From NCBI GenBank assembly GCA_963785755.1, contig CAWAXG010000002.1, positions 625,128 through 689,127 of the forward strand: a DNA stretch of 64,000 bases. Reading direction: 5' to 3'. The first letter of the stretch is position 1. Each line of letters starts with the position of its first letter. The translations under genes were made by a program, and so were the position numbers. Below, in pieces: positions 1 to 8,625 of this stretch. The notes under the pieces were generated by a model. It ran no database searches, was not told the origin of the DNA, and was given only the letters and a program-made list of their open reading frames with translations. Source of the DNA: an uncultured Acidobacteriota bacterium. Lineage in GTDB: Bacteria > Acidobacteriota > Vicinamibacteria > Vicinamibacterales > 2-12-FULL-66-21.

Positions 1-15
1 AGCTACGCAGCTAAG

Positions 16-900
16 GTGAAGGGCTACCACGACATCGTCGGCGACGGGGGATCCAGAATCCTCGAGCAGGTTGTTGAGCAGCGTACCCGCATAACTGACG
101 GGCTCGCCGGGGTGCGCCATCTCGTGGCCGTGGGCTCCGGCAAGGGGGGCGTCGGCAAGAGCACCTTGACGCTGCATCTCGCGGGCGCTCTGCGTGCCCG
201 GGGGCTTCGAATTGCGATCCTGGACGCGGACTTCAACGGCCCCTCACAGGCGCGTATGGCCGGTGTCCAGGGAGCGCTGTTCGTTCCAGGCAGCCACAAA
301 GTCGCGCTCCCGCGGACCACGAACGGGATCGGGGTCTTCTCGATGGGCTCGATGATCCCCGAGTCGGAGGCGCTCGATTTCGAGAGCGCGGCGCGCGGCG
401 AGTCGCATACGTGGCGCGCCACGAGAGAGTTCGCCCTCCTCGGCGAGATCCTCGGGTCGTTCGAATGGGGATCGCTCGATCTGCTGATGTTCGATCTGCC
501 GCCTGGAGCCGAGCGGACCGTTCAGTACGCCGAGTTTCTCGGCCCGAGGACGTCCTTCGTGCTCGTGACGATCCCTTCTGAAGTGGCACGGGGCGTCGTC
601 GCGCGCTCGGTGGCCGCCCTGTCGAAAGGGCCCAATCGCCTGCTGGGTTACGTCGAGAACATGAGCGGCTATTACTGTCGCGACTGCAACGCGATCAAGC
701 CGCTGTTCGCGTCCGACGCCCCATCGCCGCTGGAAATCCCTTGCTTCGGAACCGTTCCCTTCGATCCCGAGCTCGCGCGCCATTGCGACCGCGGAATTCC
801 GTTCACCGAACTGCGCGACAGCCCAGTGGGCCGGTCCTTCGACCAGATCGCGCAACGACTGCTTGACGGCCTCGAATCGTCACCGGAGTCCAGCCGATGA
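16..900 (+). CDS. Mrp/NBP35 (ApbC-like) P-loop iron-sulfur cluster carrier ATPase
   Basis: Walker A GSGKGGVGKST. Mrp signature ENMSGYYCRDCNAIKPLF with a CxxC motif. The frame is open to the window edge, so the true 5' end may lie upstream. ATGA overlap with the next gene. Confidence 0.85.
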   Translation: MKGYHDIVGDGGSRILEQVVEQRTRITDGLAGVRHLVAVGSGKGGVGKSTLTLHLAGALRARGLRIAILDADFNGPSQARMAGVQGALFVPGSHKVALPRTTNGIGVFSMGSMIPESEALDFESAARGESHTWRATREFALLGEILGSFEWGSLDLLMFDLPPGAERTVQYAEFLGPRTSFVLVTIPSEVARGVVARSVAALSKGPNRLLGYVENMSGYYCRDCNAIKPLFASDAPSPLEIPCFGTVPFDPELARHCDRGIPFTELRDSPVGRSFDQIAQRLLDGLESSPESSR

Positions 901-1334
901 AGTTCCTGTGTGTCCCTTGCGACAGCCCGATGAAGCTGCAGACCATCGGCCCGCCCGAGGGTGGCTCGCTCTCCGTCGTCTACTCCTGTCCCGAGTGCGG
1001 CTACGAGATGGCGATGCTGACCAATCCGTACGAGACACAGGTCGTCCAGTCACTCGGCGTGCGGATCGGTCCCGACACGGGGGCAAGCACCTCTGCTACC
1101 AGCTCCGGCTGCCCGTTCACCGCGATGATGCCTGGGATGGAAGGCGCACGGGCGGGAGGCGGTGAGCCAATCTCGGTCCGGTGGACGTCCGCCGCCGAAG
1201 CGAGGCTCGCGAACATTCCCGAGTTCGTGCGCCCGATGGCGCGGACCGGCATCGAGAAATTCGCCCGGGAAAGAGGGGTCCTTGAAGTCGACGAGAAGAT
1301 CCTCGATGAAGCCCGCGACTTCTTCGGCATGTGA
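897..1334 (+). CDS. Zinc-ribbon protein with C-terminal PCP_red (BchB/ChlB C-terminal-like) domain
   Basis: N-terminal CxxC...CxxC (CVPCDSP...CPECGYE). The C-terminal WTSAAEARLANIPEFVRPMARTGIEKFARERG matches the PF08369-type pattern. 4-nt overlaps with both neighbours. Confidence 0.7.
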   Translation: MKFLCVPCDSPMKLQTIGPPEGGSLSVVYSCPECGYEMAMLTNPYETQVVQSLGVRIGPDTGASTSATSSGCPFTAMMPGMEGARAGGGEPISVRWTSAAEARLANIPEFVRPMARTGIEKFARERGVLEVDEKILDEARDFFGM

Positions 1335-2771
1335 GCGGCGCCCTCGGCATGGACACGTTCACCCGCCCCTACGTTATCTCCTGGAACCTCACCTACCGCT
1401 GCAACCTCGCCTGCGAGCACTGCTATCTCGACGCCGGCGGCACGCCTCAGGTCGGCACGGAGAACTTCTCCGACCGGAGCGAGCTCGGCACCGAGGAATG
1501 CTTCAAGGTCATCGACGAAATCGCCGCGTTCGCGCCTGAATGCCTGACGATCCTGACGGGCGGCGAGCCGCTCCTGCGCCGCGACATCCTCGAGATCGTC
1601 CGGCGCGCGTCGGAGCGCGAGCTCTGGGTCGTCGTCGGCACCAACGGGGTGAGCATCACGGAGAACCTGGCGAAGCGCCTCGCGGACGCCGGCGCGCGGG
1701 GCCTCTCGCTCTCGCTCGATGCGCTCGATCCCGATCGTCACGACCGCTTCAGGATGGTGCGGGGCGCCTGGCGGAACACGGTGGAGGGAGCGGAGATCCT
1801 CAATCGGACCGGGCTGCCCTTCATCGTGCAGACGACCGCGGGCTCGCACAATCTCGGCGAGCTCGAGGCGATCGCCGACTTCGCGCACGAACGCCTCGCC
1901 GCCAGGGTCTGGAACCTCTACTTCCTGGTGCCGACGGGCCGCGGGCAGTACGTGTCGGACATCACTCCTGCCCAGTACCGATGAGGTTCTCGCCTCGCTC
2001 TACCGCATCCAGAGGAAGTACGACCGCCGGATGCTCGTGAACGCGAAGTGCGCGCCACACTACATCAAGACTGTTCTGGAGCAGGCGGGGACAGGCAACG
2101 GGGACAGGCAAGAGGGACAGGCAACCGGGACAGGCAACGGGGACAGCCAGCCGGGACAGGCAAGTCCCTCGTGGCCCGGTCTGTCCGCGATCAGGACCTA
2201 CTCCGGAGGGGCTGGCGGGTGCCCGGCGGGGACGCACTACATGGGGATACGGCCGAACGGTGATGTCACCCCGTGCCCCTACCTCCCGGTGTTTGCGGGG
2301 ACCCTTCGCAGCTCGAGCCTCGCGGACCTCTGGACGTCGTCGGAGCTCTTCGCCGGCATTCGCCGCCGAACCTCGCTCGGCGGCCGTTGCGGCGAGTGCG
2401 AGATGAACGGCCACTGTGGGGGCTGCCGCGCCCGCGCCTACGGGATGACCGGCGATCTGATGGCTGAAGACCCGCTCTGCACCCACACCCCCGGCACGTT
2501 CGCCGGGTCTCCCCTTCTTGCCATCCGTGGCCGGACGTCCGTCGCGGGCGCGCAGGGGCCTGCCACGATTCATTACGGCACCGAATCGGCAACGAGCATC
2601 GCCTGGGACGATGACGCCGCCGCGCGCATGAAGAAGATCCCCGCATTCGTCCGGGGCATGGTCGTCAGGGCCGTCGAGGAATCGTGCCGTAAGAACGGCC
2701 TCGACCGCGTGACCGTGGAGGAACTCGAACGAATCCGCGCGCGGATGCCGACGCCGAAGATGTTTGGGTAG
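1331..2771 (+). pseudogene. Radical SAM/SPASM protein with C-terminal PCP_red-like tail; frame disrupted as assembled (may be a sequencing error)
   Basis: N-part (ORF 1331..1984): YRCNLACEHC (CxxxCxxC) and GGEPLL. C-part (ORF 1719..2771, homology from about 1980): GGCPAG, TPCPY and CGECEMNGHCGGCRARA SPASM cysteines, then IPAFVRGMVVRAVEE. The frames rejoin if one C is removed at CAGTAC[C]GATGAG (about 1979). Confidence 0.8.
2088..2165 (+). repeat. 13-nt tandem repeat x6 (GGGACAGGCAASN) inside the rSAM coding region
   Basis: Units start at 2088, 2101, 2114, 2127, 2140 and 2153. The total of 78 nt is in frame and encodes GTGNGDRQEGQATGTGNGDSQPGQAS. Confidence 0.9.
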
Positions 2772-4478
2772 TTACTTGACTGCCCGACCCGCCGCCGGCG
2801 CATCGTCGCCCCACGGCAGCCGACGCGGTCCGAGCCATGGATCCACGTGGGCCCGCTCAGCCCACGCGTTCCATTCGGCCGCGAGCTCTCGGACGGTGTC
2901 GGGATGCCGCGACGCGAGGTTGTTGCGCTCGACGCGGTCGGCAGCCATGTCGTACAGCTCCCAATCATCCGGATAAGTCGACACGAGCTTCCAATTGCCC
3001 GATCGAACGGCGCGGTTGCCCTCGTGTTCCCAGAAGATGGGGCGCGTGCGGCGGAGCGGGCGCCCGGCGAAGGCCGGGAGCAGGCTGACACCTTCCACGG
3101 GCTGGATGGTCTGCCCTTTGAACTCGCGGGGATACGTCGCGCCCGTGATCTCGATGACCGTCGGCATCACGTCGATGAGGTGTGCGGGCTGACGCTCGAG
3201 CGCATTGCGGCGGTTGGCCGGAATGCCCCGGGGCCAGTGCGCGATGAGCGGCACGGCAATGCCCCCTTCGTGCGTGAAGTGCTTGAACCGGCGGAAAGGC
3301 GTGCTGCTGAGCGCAGCCCAGTTCATCCCCAGGTACAGATTCGAGTTCGGTCCGCCGGGCGGGTTGCCGTTGTAGCGCCCGTCCGGACCGGACTCGGCGT
3401 TGGCGCCGTTGTCGGACAGGAACAGGATCAGGGTGTTGTCGAGGGCGCCTCGCGCCTCCAGACCTTTCACCAGCACCCCCACGCTGATATCAATCGCCTC
3501 GATCATCGCGGCGTAGACCGACATCAGATGATCGAAGCGGTCCTTCGCCTCGTCCGACAGCGATTCCCAGGCGGGTGAGTCCGCTTCCCGCGGGCTGAGC
3601 GGCCACCTGACGTCGACGAGTCCCATCGAGATCTGCCGGCGATACCGCGCGTCGCGCAGCCTGTCCCAGCCAGCTCTGTACTTGCCGCGATGTTTGGCAA
3701 TCAATTCCGGCGGCGCCATCAGCGGAAAATGCGGCGCATTGTGTGGCAGGTAGAGAAAGAACGGTCTGTTGGCCTTCCGCGCCTCGTCGATGAACTTCAA
3801 TCCGAAGTCCGTCCACAGGGATGTCGCGTACCAGTTCTGTCCGAACACGGGGGAATCGCGCGGCGTGGGTGTGCCGTCGAGGTACAGCGGCTCCTGCGCC
3901 CGCCGGGTGAGTGCATCGTCGCCACCCTCGAACTTCTGATTGGGAAAAAACATGCCCCCGGCACGCAGGCTCAGCACGCGATCGAAGCCGCGCTGCCATG
4001 GCGGCGATCCGTTCTGCAGACCCAGGTGCCACTTGCCCGACATCGCGGTGAGGTAGCCGGCGTCGCGGAGGACTTCGGCAATCGTGACGGACCGGTCATT
4101 CAGGCGGCCCGTCGTCCCCGACGACCCTTCGCGGACGATGTTGTCGAGATGCCCCATTCCCGCCTGATGAGGATAGAGCCCGGTCAGCAGGCTGGCGCGC
4201 GTCGGCGAACAGCGTGGCGTGCTGTAGAACTGTGTGAAGCGGACGCCGCGCGCGGCCAGCGCGTCGAGGTTGGGGGTCGGGATCTCGCCGCCGTAGGATC
4301 CGATGTCCGACCAGCCCATGTCGTCAACGAGAATGACGATGATGTTGGGGCGGGTATCGGTCTGTGCGGCAGCAACCGGCGCTCGGAGGGTGAAGGCGGA
4401 CATCGCGATCGCCCCACCCGCCGCGACGGCGGCTGCAGCCAGCAGGAACGAACGAGCTCGCGCGATCGGCACCGGCAC
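2772..4478 (-). CDS. Arylsulfatase (formylglycine-dependent, Cys-type), secreted
   Basis: NIIVILVDDMGWSD and the CSPTR (CxPxR) motif. N-terminal hydrophobic signal-like segment. Full-length 568-aa ORF. Confidence 0.9.
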   Translation of the reverse strand: MPVPIARARSFLLAAAAVAAGGAIAMSAFTLRAPVAAAQTDTRPNIIVILVDDMGWSDIGSYGGEIPTPNLDALAARGVRFTQFYSTPRCSPTRASLLTGLYPHQAGMGHLDNIVREGSSGTTGRLNDRSVTIAEVLRDAGYLTAMSGKWHLGLQNGSPPWQRGFDRVLSLRAGGMFFPNQKFEGGDDALTRRAQEPLYLDGTPTPRDSPVFGQNWYATSLWTDFGLKFIDEARKANRPFFLYLPHNAPHFPLMAPPELIAKHRGKYRAGWDRLRDARYRRQISMGLVDVRWPLSPREADSPAWESLSDEAKDRFDHLMSVYAAMIEAIDISVGVLVKGLEARGALDNTLILFLSDNGANAESGPDGRYNGNPPGGPNSNLYLGMNWAALSSTPFRRFKHFTHEGGIAVPLIAHWPRGIPANRRNALERQPAHLIDVMPTVIEITGATYPREFKGQTIQPVEGVSLLPAFAGRPLRRTRPIFWEHEGNRAVRSGNWKLVSTYPDDWELYDMAADRVERNNLASRHPDTVRELAAEWNAWAERAHVDPWLGPRRLPWGDDAPAAGRAVK

Positions 4479-4615
4479 ACCTCCAGGACGGGCTGGGGAA
4501 GTCTACTGAAGTTCGACTGGTTGTAGTCGGCCCAGTCCCCGCCCAGGAATCTGAAGGGGTCGCGTACTGAGGGCGTGATCGCCCAATCGCGCGGTGTTGA
4601 CGACGCTGAATGGAC

Positions 4616-5421
4616 CTATCTGAAGGGGTCCGATGCGGCCTCGATCTGCTCCTTGACCTTTTCGTCCATCCACTTCTGGAAGTCCTCGGTGGTCTGGACG
4701 GTGACGAAGCCCCGCATCCGGAAGTGGCCCAGCCCGCAGAGCTGCGCGCAGGCGATCTCGGTACTGGAACTCGGGTTTCCCGAGTCGGGTCCGCATCTCC
4801 TCGGTCGTGACGTTGGCGACGAACCAGATGGGAATCGTCAGGCCGGGGATGGCGTCCTGCTTCACGCGAAGCTCGGGCACGCCGAAGCTGTGGATGACGT
4901 CCTTGCTCCGGAGCCTCACGATGATCGGCTTGTTCACGGGCAGATAGAACTGATTGAGCGTCGTTACGTCGTCCTTCGCGGCAGGATCGGAGCGATCGAT
5001 TCCCAGGGGATTCGACTGGAGGTCGAGCAGCTTGATGTCGGTGCGGCCGAATTTCCCGTCGGGGCCTGGATAGTGGACGTTCCAGGCGAATTGTTCGCCG
5101 GTTACCTGAACGACGAGCGATTCACTCTCCGGGGGAATGCGATCGACCCTCGCGGCCCAGATCGGGATCGCGAATCCGAAGCAGGAGAATCATTTCGACC
5201 ACGGCCACGCCGCCTTCGAGATAGCTCGAGGTGTGCGACTTGACCCCCGCGTAGTTCGCCACCGGATTCCGCGAACGCCGGAAACGGAACAGGGCGTAGA
5301 TGAAGAAGCTTCCCCACCCGACGAACAGGACGAGCATGAACACATGCGTCCAGCCGATCAGGCCGTCGATCTGCCCGCCGTGAGTCGAGGCGAGCGGAGG
5401 GAGTCCGAGCCACTCTGTCAT
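4616..5421 (-). pseudogene. coxB: Cytochrome c oxidase subunit II (CuA, no cytochrome c domain); two frame disruptions as assembled
   Basis: Three consecutive frames. (1) The 5122..5421 ORF carries the TM helices. (2) The middle part carries VTGEQFAWNVHYPG...DVIHSFGVPELRVKQDAIPG. (3) My own translation of the third frame gives EIACAQLCGLGHFRMRGFVTVQ...DPFR, with the stop at 4616-4618. Breaks lie near 5178 and at CAGTAC[C]GAGATC (+ strand 4758-4765). Confidence 0.85.
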
Positions 5422-5738
5422 GATGTTCTAGGCCCCCTTTGGAGCTCCGACCATTCGGCATCGAGGTCGAGGTCGGCGATGCGCTTCGCGCGCCTGCGAA
5501 GATAGAGAAAAAAGCCCACAAACCCGCCCTGCACCGCAAGGGTGATGGCCAGCATCACCAGGACGCCGAGCTTCGCCCCGTCGATCAGCGGGGTCTCTTC
5601 CGCCCCGAAGCACACCGGGCAGGCGAGCACGCGGGCGCCGCCGGCGATCACCACGAACGCGGCGGTAATCAACGCCTGTCGCGCCGAAGCGAAGCGAAGG
5701 CGGGCCTGCCGCGCCGAAGCGAAGCGAAGGCGGGTCAT
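5418..5738 (-). CDS. Small membrane protein with CPVC motif (unknown function), oxidase-operon encoded
   Basis: Start MTRLRFASARQ at 5738, with an ATGA overlap to the upstream gene. Its stop overlaps the coxII ATG. Two predicted TM stretches and ACPVCFG. Confidence 0.55.
   Translation of the reverse strand: MTRLRFASARQARLRFASARQALITAAFVVIAGGARVLACPVCFGAEETPLIDGAKLGVLVMLAITLAVQGGFVGFFLYLRRRAKRIADLDLDAEWSELQRGPRTS
5675..5734 (-). repeat. 30-bp tandem duplication at the 5' end of the CPVC gene
   Basis: cctgtcgcgccgaagcgaagcgaaggcggg / cctgccgcgccgaagcgaagcgaaggcggg differ at one position. The pair encodes RLRFASARQA twice. Confidence 0.9.
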
Positions 5739-5935
5739 CGCAACGACCTCGTCTTGCGCAGGAACCACGAGTCGTAGACGACCAGGCCGATCGCCACGCC
5801 GAAAGCCGCGACCGCCGAGAACAGGCTTCCGACCCCGCCCTCCTCCCCGTAGATCCCCAGGCACCACACGCCGAACAGCACCGCGAGGGCCGCGGAGAGG
5901 AGGATCAGCGTTGCGTGGAACCACCTGAGGTTCAT
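5735..5935 (-). CDS. Small two-TM membrane protein (unknown function)
   Basis: MNLRWFHATLILLSAALAVLFGVW... Its ATG at 5935 overlaps the coxIV stop (ATGA). Hydrophobic. Confidence 0.5.
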   Translation of the reverse strand: MNLRWFHATLILLSAALAVLFGVWCLGIYGEEGGVGSLFSAVAAFGVAIGLVVYDSWFLRKTRSLR

Positions 5936-6237
5936 TGGTGAATCCAGTAGCCGTTGCTGTGGGTGATCACTGGAAGAGACAGCAGCACGACGAAGAAAAC
6001 AGCGGTCAGCGCGAGGACCGCGATGATCAGCTTTTTCTCGGAGATCAGGTGCATGAAGTAGCACGCCACCAGCGATCCCTTGATGGTTGCGACCAGCAGC
6101 GCGACGGTCACGGCAATCGGCACGGGAAGGTGGACCCGCGAGACCGCCACGGTGACGATTGTAAGGACCATGAGTGCGACGAAGACGGTGATGTAGATCC
6201 TGACGTGCTTGTCGATGTCAGCTGCGTGGTCGCTCAT
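5932..6237 (-). CDS. Cytochrome c oxidase subunit IV (bacterial COX4_pro type)
   Basis: About 100 aa with three TM helices. KHVRIYITVFVALMVLTIVTV...GSLVACYFMHL is typical of prokaryotic subunit IV. Positioned after coxIII. Confidence 0.8.
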   Translation of the reverse strand: MSDHAADIDKHVRIYITVFVALMVLTIVTVAVSRVHLPVPIAVTVALLVATIKGSLVACYFMHLISEKKLIIAVLALTAVFFVVLLSLPVITHSNGYWIHQ

Positions 6238-6246
6238 GGATGCTGC

Positions 6247-6837
6247 CTACAGAAGGTACAGAGTCGGGAAGAGAAAGATCCAGACCAGATCCACGAAATG
6301 CCAGAAGAGGCCCGAGTGCTCGACCCGGTTGGTGAACCACTGCGGGTTCGTCTTCCACTGCTTCGCGCCGGGACCCCAGAAATAGGCGTTCACCACCATC
6401 CCGCCGAACACGTGGAGCATGTGCAGGCCGGTCAGGGTGAAGTAGATGGCGAGGAAGTTGCTCGTGCTGGGAAAGAGTCCGTCGTGGAACTTGTGGCTGT
6501 ATTCGAAGTACTTGACCACGAGGAACACGCCCCCGAGCAGGATCGTCGCCCCCATGTAGAGTCGATAAGTCCCAAAGCGGTGGCGCATCAGCGACGCCCA
6601 CGCCATGACCATCGTGACGGAGGACAGAATCAGGACGATCGTGTTGAACGTAGCGAGCGGGACGTTCAGAATCGTGTCTCCCCGCGGCCAGCTCGGCGCT
6701 CCTGTCCGGATCAGGATGTAGCTCGCGAACAGCGCGCCGAACAGCATGACCTCCGAGGCCAGGAAGAGCCAGATGCCGATCTTGCCGTTGGTGAGACCGG
6801 TGTCGCGCCGGACCTCTACGGTGTAGGGAATGTCCAT
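6247..6837 (-). CDS. ctaE: Cytochrome c oxidase subunit III
   Basis: 196-aa heme-copper oxidase subunit III-like sequence (LFLASEVMLFGALF, HVFGGMV, WHFVDLVW). Confidence 0.9.
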   Translation of the reverse strand: MDIPYTVEVRRDTGLTNGKIGIWLFLASEVMLFGALFASYILIRTGAPSWPRGDTILNVPLATFNTIVLILSSVTMVMAWASLMRHRFGTYRLYMGATILLGGVFLVVKYFEYSHKFHDGLFPSTSNFLAIYFTLTGLHMLHVFGGMVVNAYFWGPGAKQWKTNPQWFTNRVEHSGLFWHFVDLVWIFLFPTLYLL

Positions 6838-6842
6838 TTAGG

Positions 6843-8606
6843 TTACGCCTCGTGCTGCGGCACGAAGTCCCTGGCCGCGCCGGGAACGCTGTACTCGTAG
6901 GGGCCCCGGTGCGCTTCCGGCGCCACGACGAAATTGCCGTGCGGCGGAGGCGAGGGAGCCGCCCACTCGATCGTCGTGGCCTGCCACGGGTTGTCGCCGG
7001 TCTTCTCCCCCTTCCAGATGCTCCAGAAGAAATTGAAGATGAAGGGAATCTGGAAGACGGCGAGGATCCACGCGCCCCAGGAGGACACGACATTCCACTG
7101 GAGGACCGGCTGCGCAAAGTCGTAGCTCGCGCCACCGTCGAACAGCCGCCGCGAGACGCCGGCCAGCCCCACGAGGAACATCGGCATGAAGATGACGTTC
7201 ATGCAGACGAGCGAGCCGAAAAAGTGAATCTTGCCGAGCGTCTCGTTCATCATCCGCCCGGTTGCCTTCGGAAACCAGTAATAGACTCCCGCGAAGAGGG
7301 CGAAGATCGTCCCCGGCGCCACGACGTAATGGAAGTGGCCGATGACGTAGTAGGTGTCGTGCAGCGGAATGTCCGAGATGTTGAAGGCGAGCGGAAGCCC
7401 CGTGAGCCCGCCGATCCCGAACATCGGGAGAAAACCGAGCGCGAAGAGCATCGGCGTATTGAAGCGGATCGATCCGCCCCAGAGCGAGATGATCAGGGCC
7501 GTGAGGATGACGACCGACGGGATCGAGATGATCATCGTCGTCGTCTGGAAGAATGCCGCCATCGTCGTGCCCATGCCGGTCATGAACATGTGGTGCGCCC
7601 ACACGATGAACGACATGAAGCCGAGGAAGACCAGCGAATAGACCATCGAACGGTAGCCCCACAGGGGCTTCCGCGTGTTGTTCGCGACGATCTCGGCCAC
7701 GATTCCCATCCCCGGAAGAATCAGGACGTAGACCTCCGGGTGCGCCAGGAACCAGAACAGGTGCTGCCAGAGCAGCGGGTTGCCGCCGCCGGCCACCGGG
7801 AGGGGCTGGCCGCTGACGACGAGGCCGCTCGGGAGGAAGAAGCTCGTGCCGGCCAGGCGATCCATGAGCTGCATGACCCCCGCGGCCTCGAGCGGCGGAA
7901 ACGCCAGCAGCAGGAGGAAGGCCGTCACGAGCTGGGCCCATACGAAGAAGGGGAACCGCATGAAGGTGAGACCCTTCGTGCGGAGCTGGATCGTCGTTGT
8001 AATGAAGTTGACCGCTCCCAGCAGCGACGAGGTGATCAACAGGACCATCCCGATGAGCCACCACGTCTGGCCCGTGCCCGCGATGTTGGCAAGGGGCGAG
8101 TAGGAGGTCCACCCGGATTGCGCGGCGCCCCCGGGGACGAGAAAGCTGAACAGCATCGTCACGCCGCCGAGGAAGAAGAACCAGTAGCTCGCCATGTTCA
8201 GCCTCGGGAACGCCATGTCCGGGGCTCCGATCTGGAGCGGGAGCACGAAGTTTCCGAATCCGCCGACGGCTAACGGGACCACCCCGAGGAACACCATGAT
8301 GGTGCCGTGCATCGCCCCGAGCTCGTTGTAGAACTCAGGGAGCATCGACCCGCCCGGCATGCGCGCCTCGCCGAAGAGACTGCCGATCAGCGGCAGCGCG
8401 GCGCCCGGGTAGGCGAGCTGCCAGCGCATGAGCATCATCAGCGAAAAGCCGAAGAGCAGGAACAGCAAGCCGGTGATGGCGTACTGGATACCGATGACCT
8501 TGTGGTCGGTCGAGAAGACGTACTTCCACCAGAAGCCGAGCTCCTCGTGATGTGCTTCGTGCGCGGCGGGCGGCTTCGGTCCCGCGACAGCTGCTGGGTG
8601 GCTCAT
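6843..8606 (-). CDS. ctaD: Cytochrome c oxidase subunit I
   Basis: Start MSHPAAV at 8606. STDHKVIGIQY, WFFGHPEVY-like LAHPEVYVLILP and HHMF motifs. 12-TM heme-copper oxidase core. Confidence 0.95.
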   Translation of the reverse strand: MSHPAAVAGPKPPAAHEAHHEELGFWWKYVFSTDHKVIGIQYAITGLLFLLFGFSLMMLMRWQLAYPGAALPLIGSLFGEARMPGGSMLPEFYNELGAMHGTIMVFLGVVPLAVGGFGNFVLPLQIGAPDMAFPRLNMASYWFFFLGGVTMLFSFLVPGGAAQSGWTSYSPLANIAGTGQTWWLIGMVLLITSSLLGAVNFITTTIQLRTKGLTFMRFPFFVWAQLVTAFLLLLAFPPLEAAGVMQLMDRLAGTSFFLPSGLVVSGQPLPVAGGGNPLLWQHLFWFLAHPEVYVLILPGMGIVAEIVANNTRKPLWGYRSMVYSLVFLGFMSFIVWAHHMFMTGMGTTMAAFFQTTTMIISIPSVVILTALIISLWGGSIRFNTPMLFALGFLPMFGIGGLTGLPLAFNISDIPLHDTYYVIGHFHYVVAPGTIFALFAGVYYWFPKATGRMMNETLGKIHFFGSLVCMNVIFMPMFLVGLAGVSRRLFDGGASYDFAQPVLQWNVVSSWGAWILAVFQIPFIFNFFWSIWKGEKTGDNPWQATTIEWAAPSPPPHGNFVVAPEAHRGPYEYSVPGAARDFVPQHEA

Positions 8607-8625
8607 GCGGCTGTTCTCCGGTTCG

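Noticed and set aside
1974-1981. AGTACCGA as a programmed ribosomal frameshift signal.
   Set aside because: The motif lies on the coding strand in two genes but on the template strand in the third (45685-45692). That does not fit an mRNA-level signal. A DNA-level or sequencing-level cause fits better.
1331-4478. The radical SAM/SPASM gene as the anaerobic sulfatase-maturating enzyme for the adjacent Cys-type sulfatase.
   Set aside because: The two genes are convergent, with adjacent stop codons and no co-transcription. The rSAM is operonic with the Mrp and PCP_red genes instead. Its cluster-binding context resembles NirJ/AhbD-type enzymes more than the anSME N-terminus. I cannot exclude the idea without HMM scoring.
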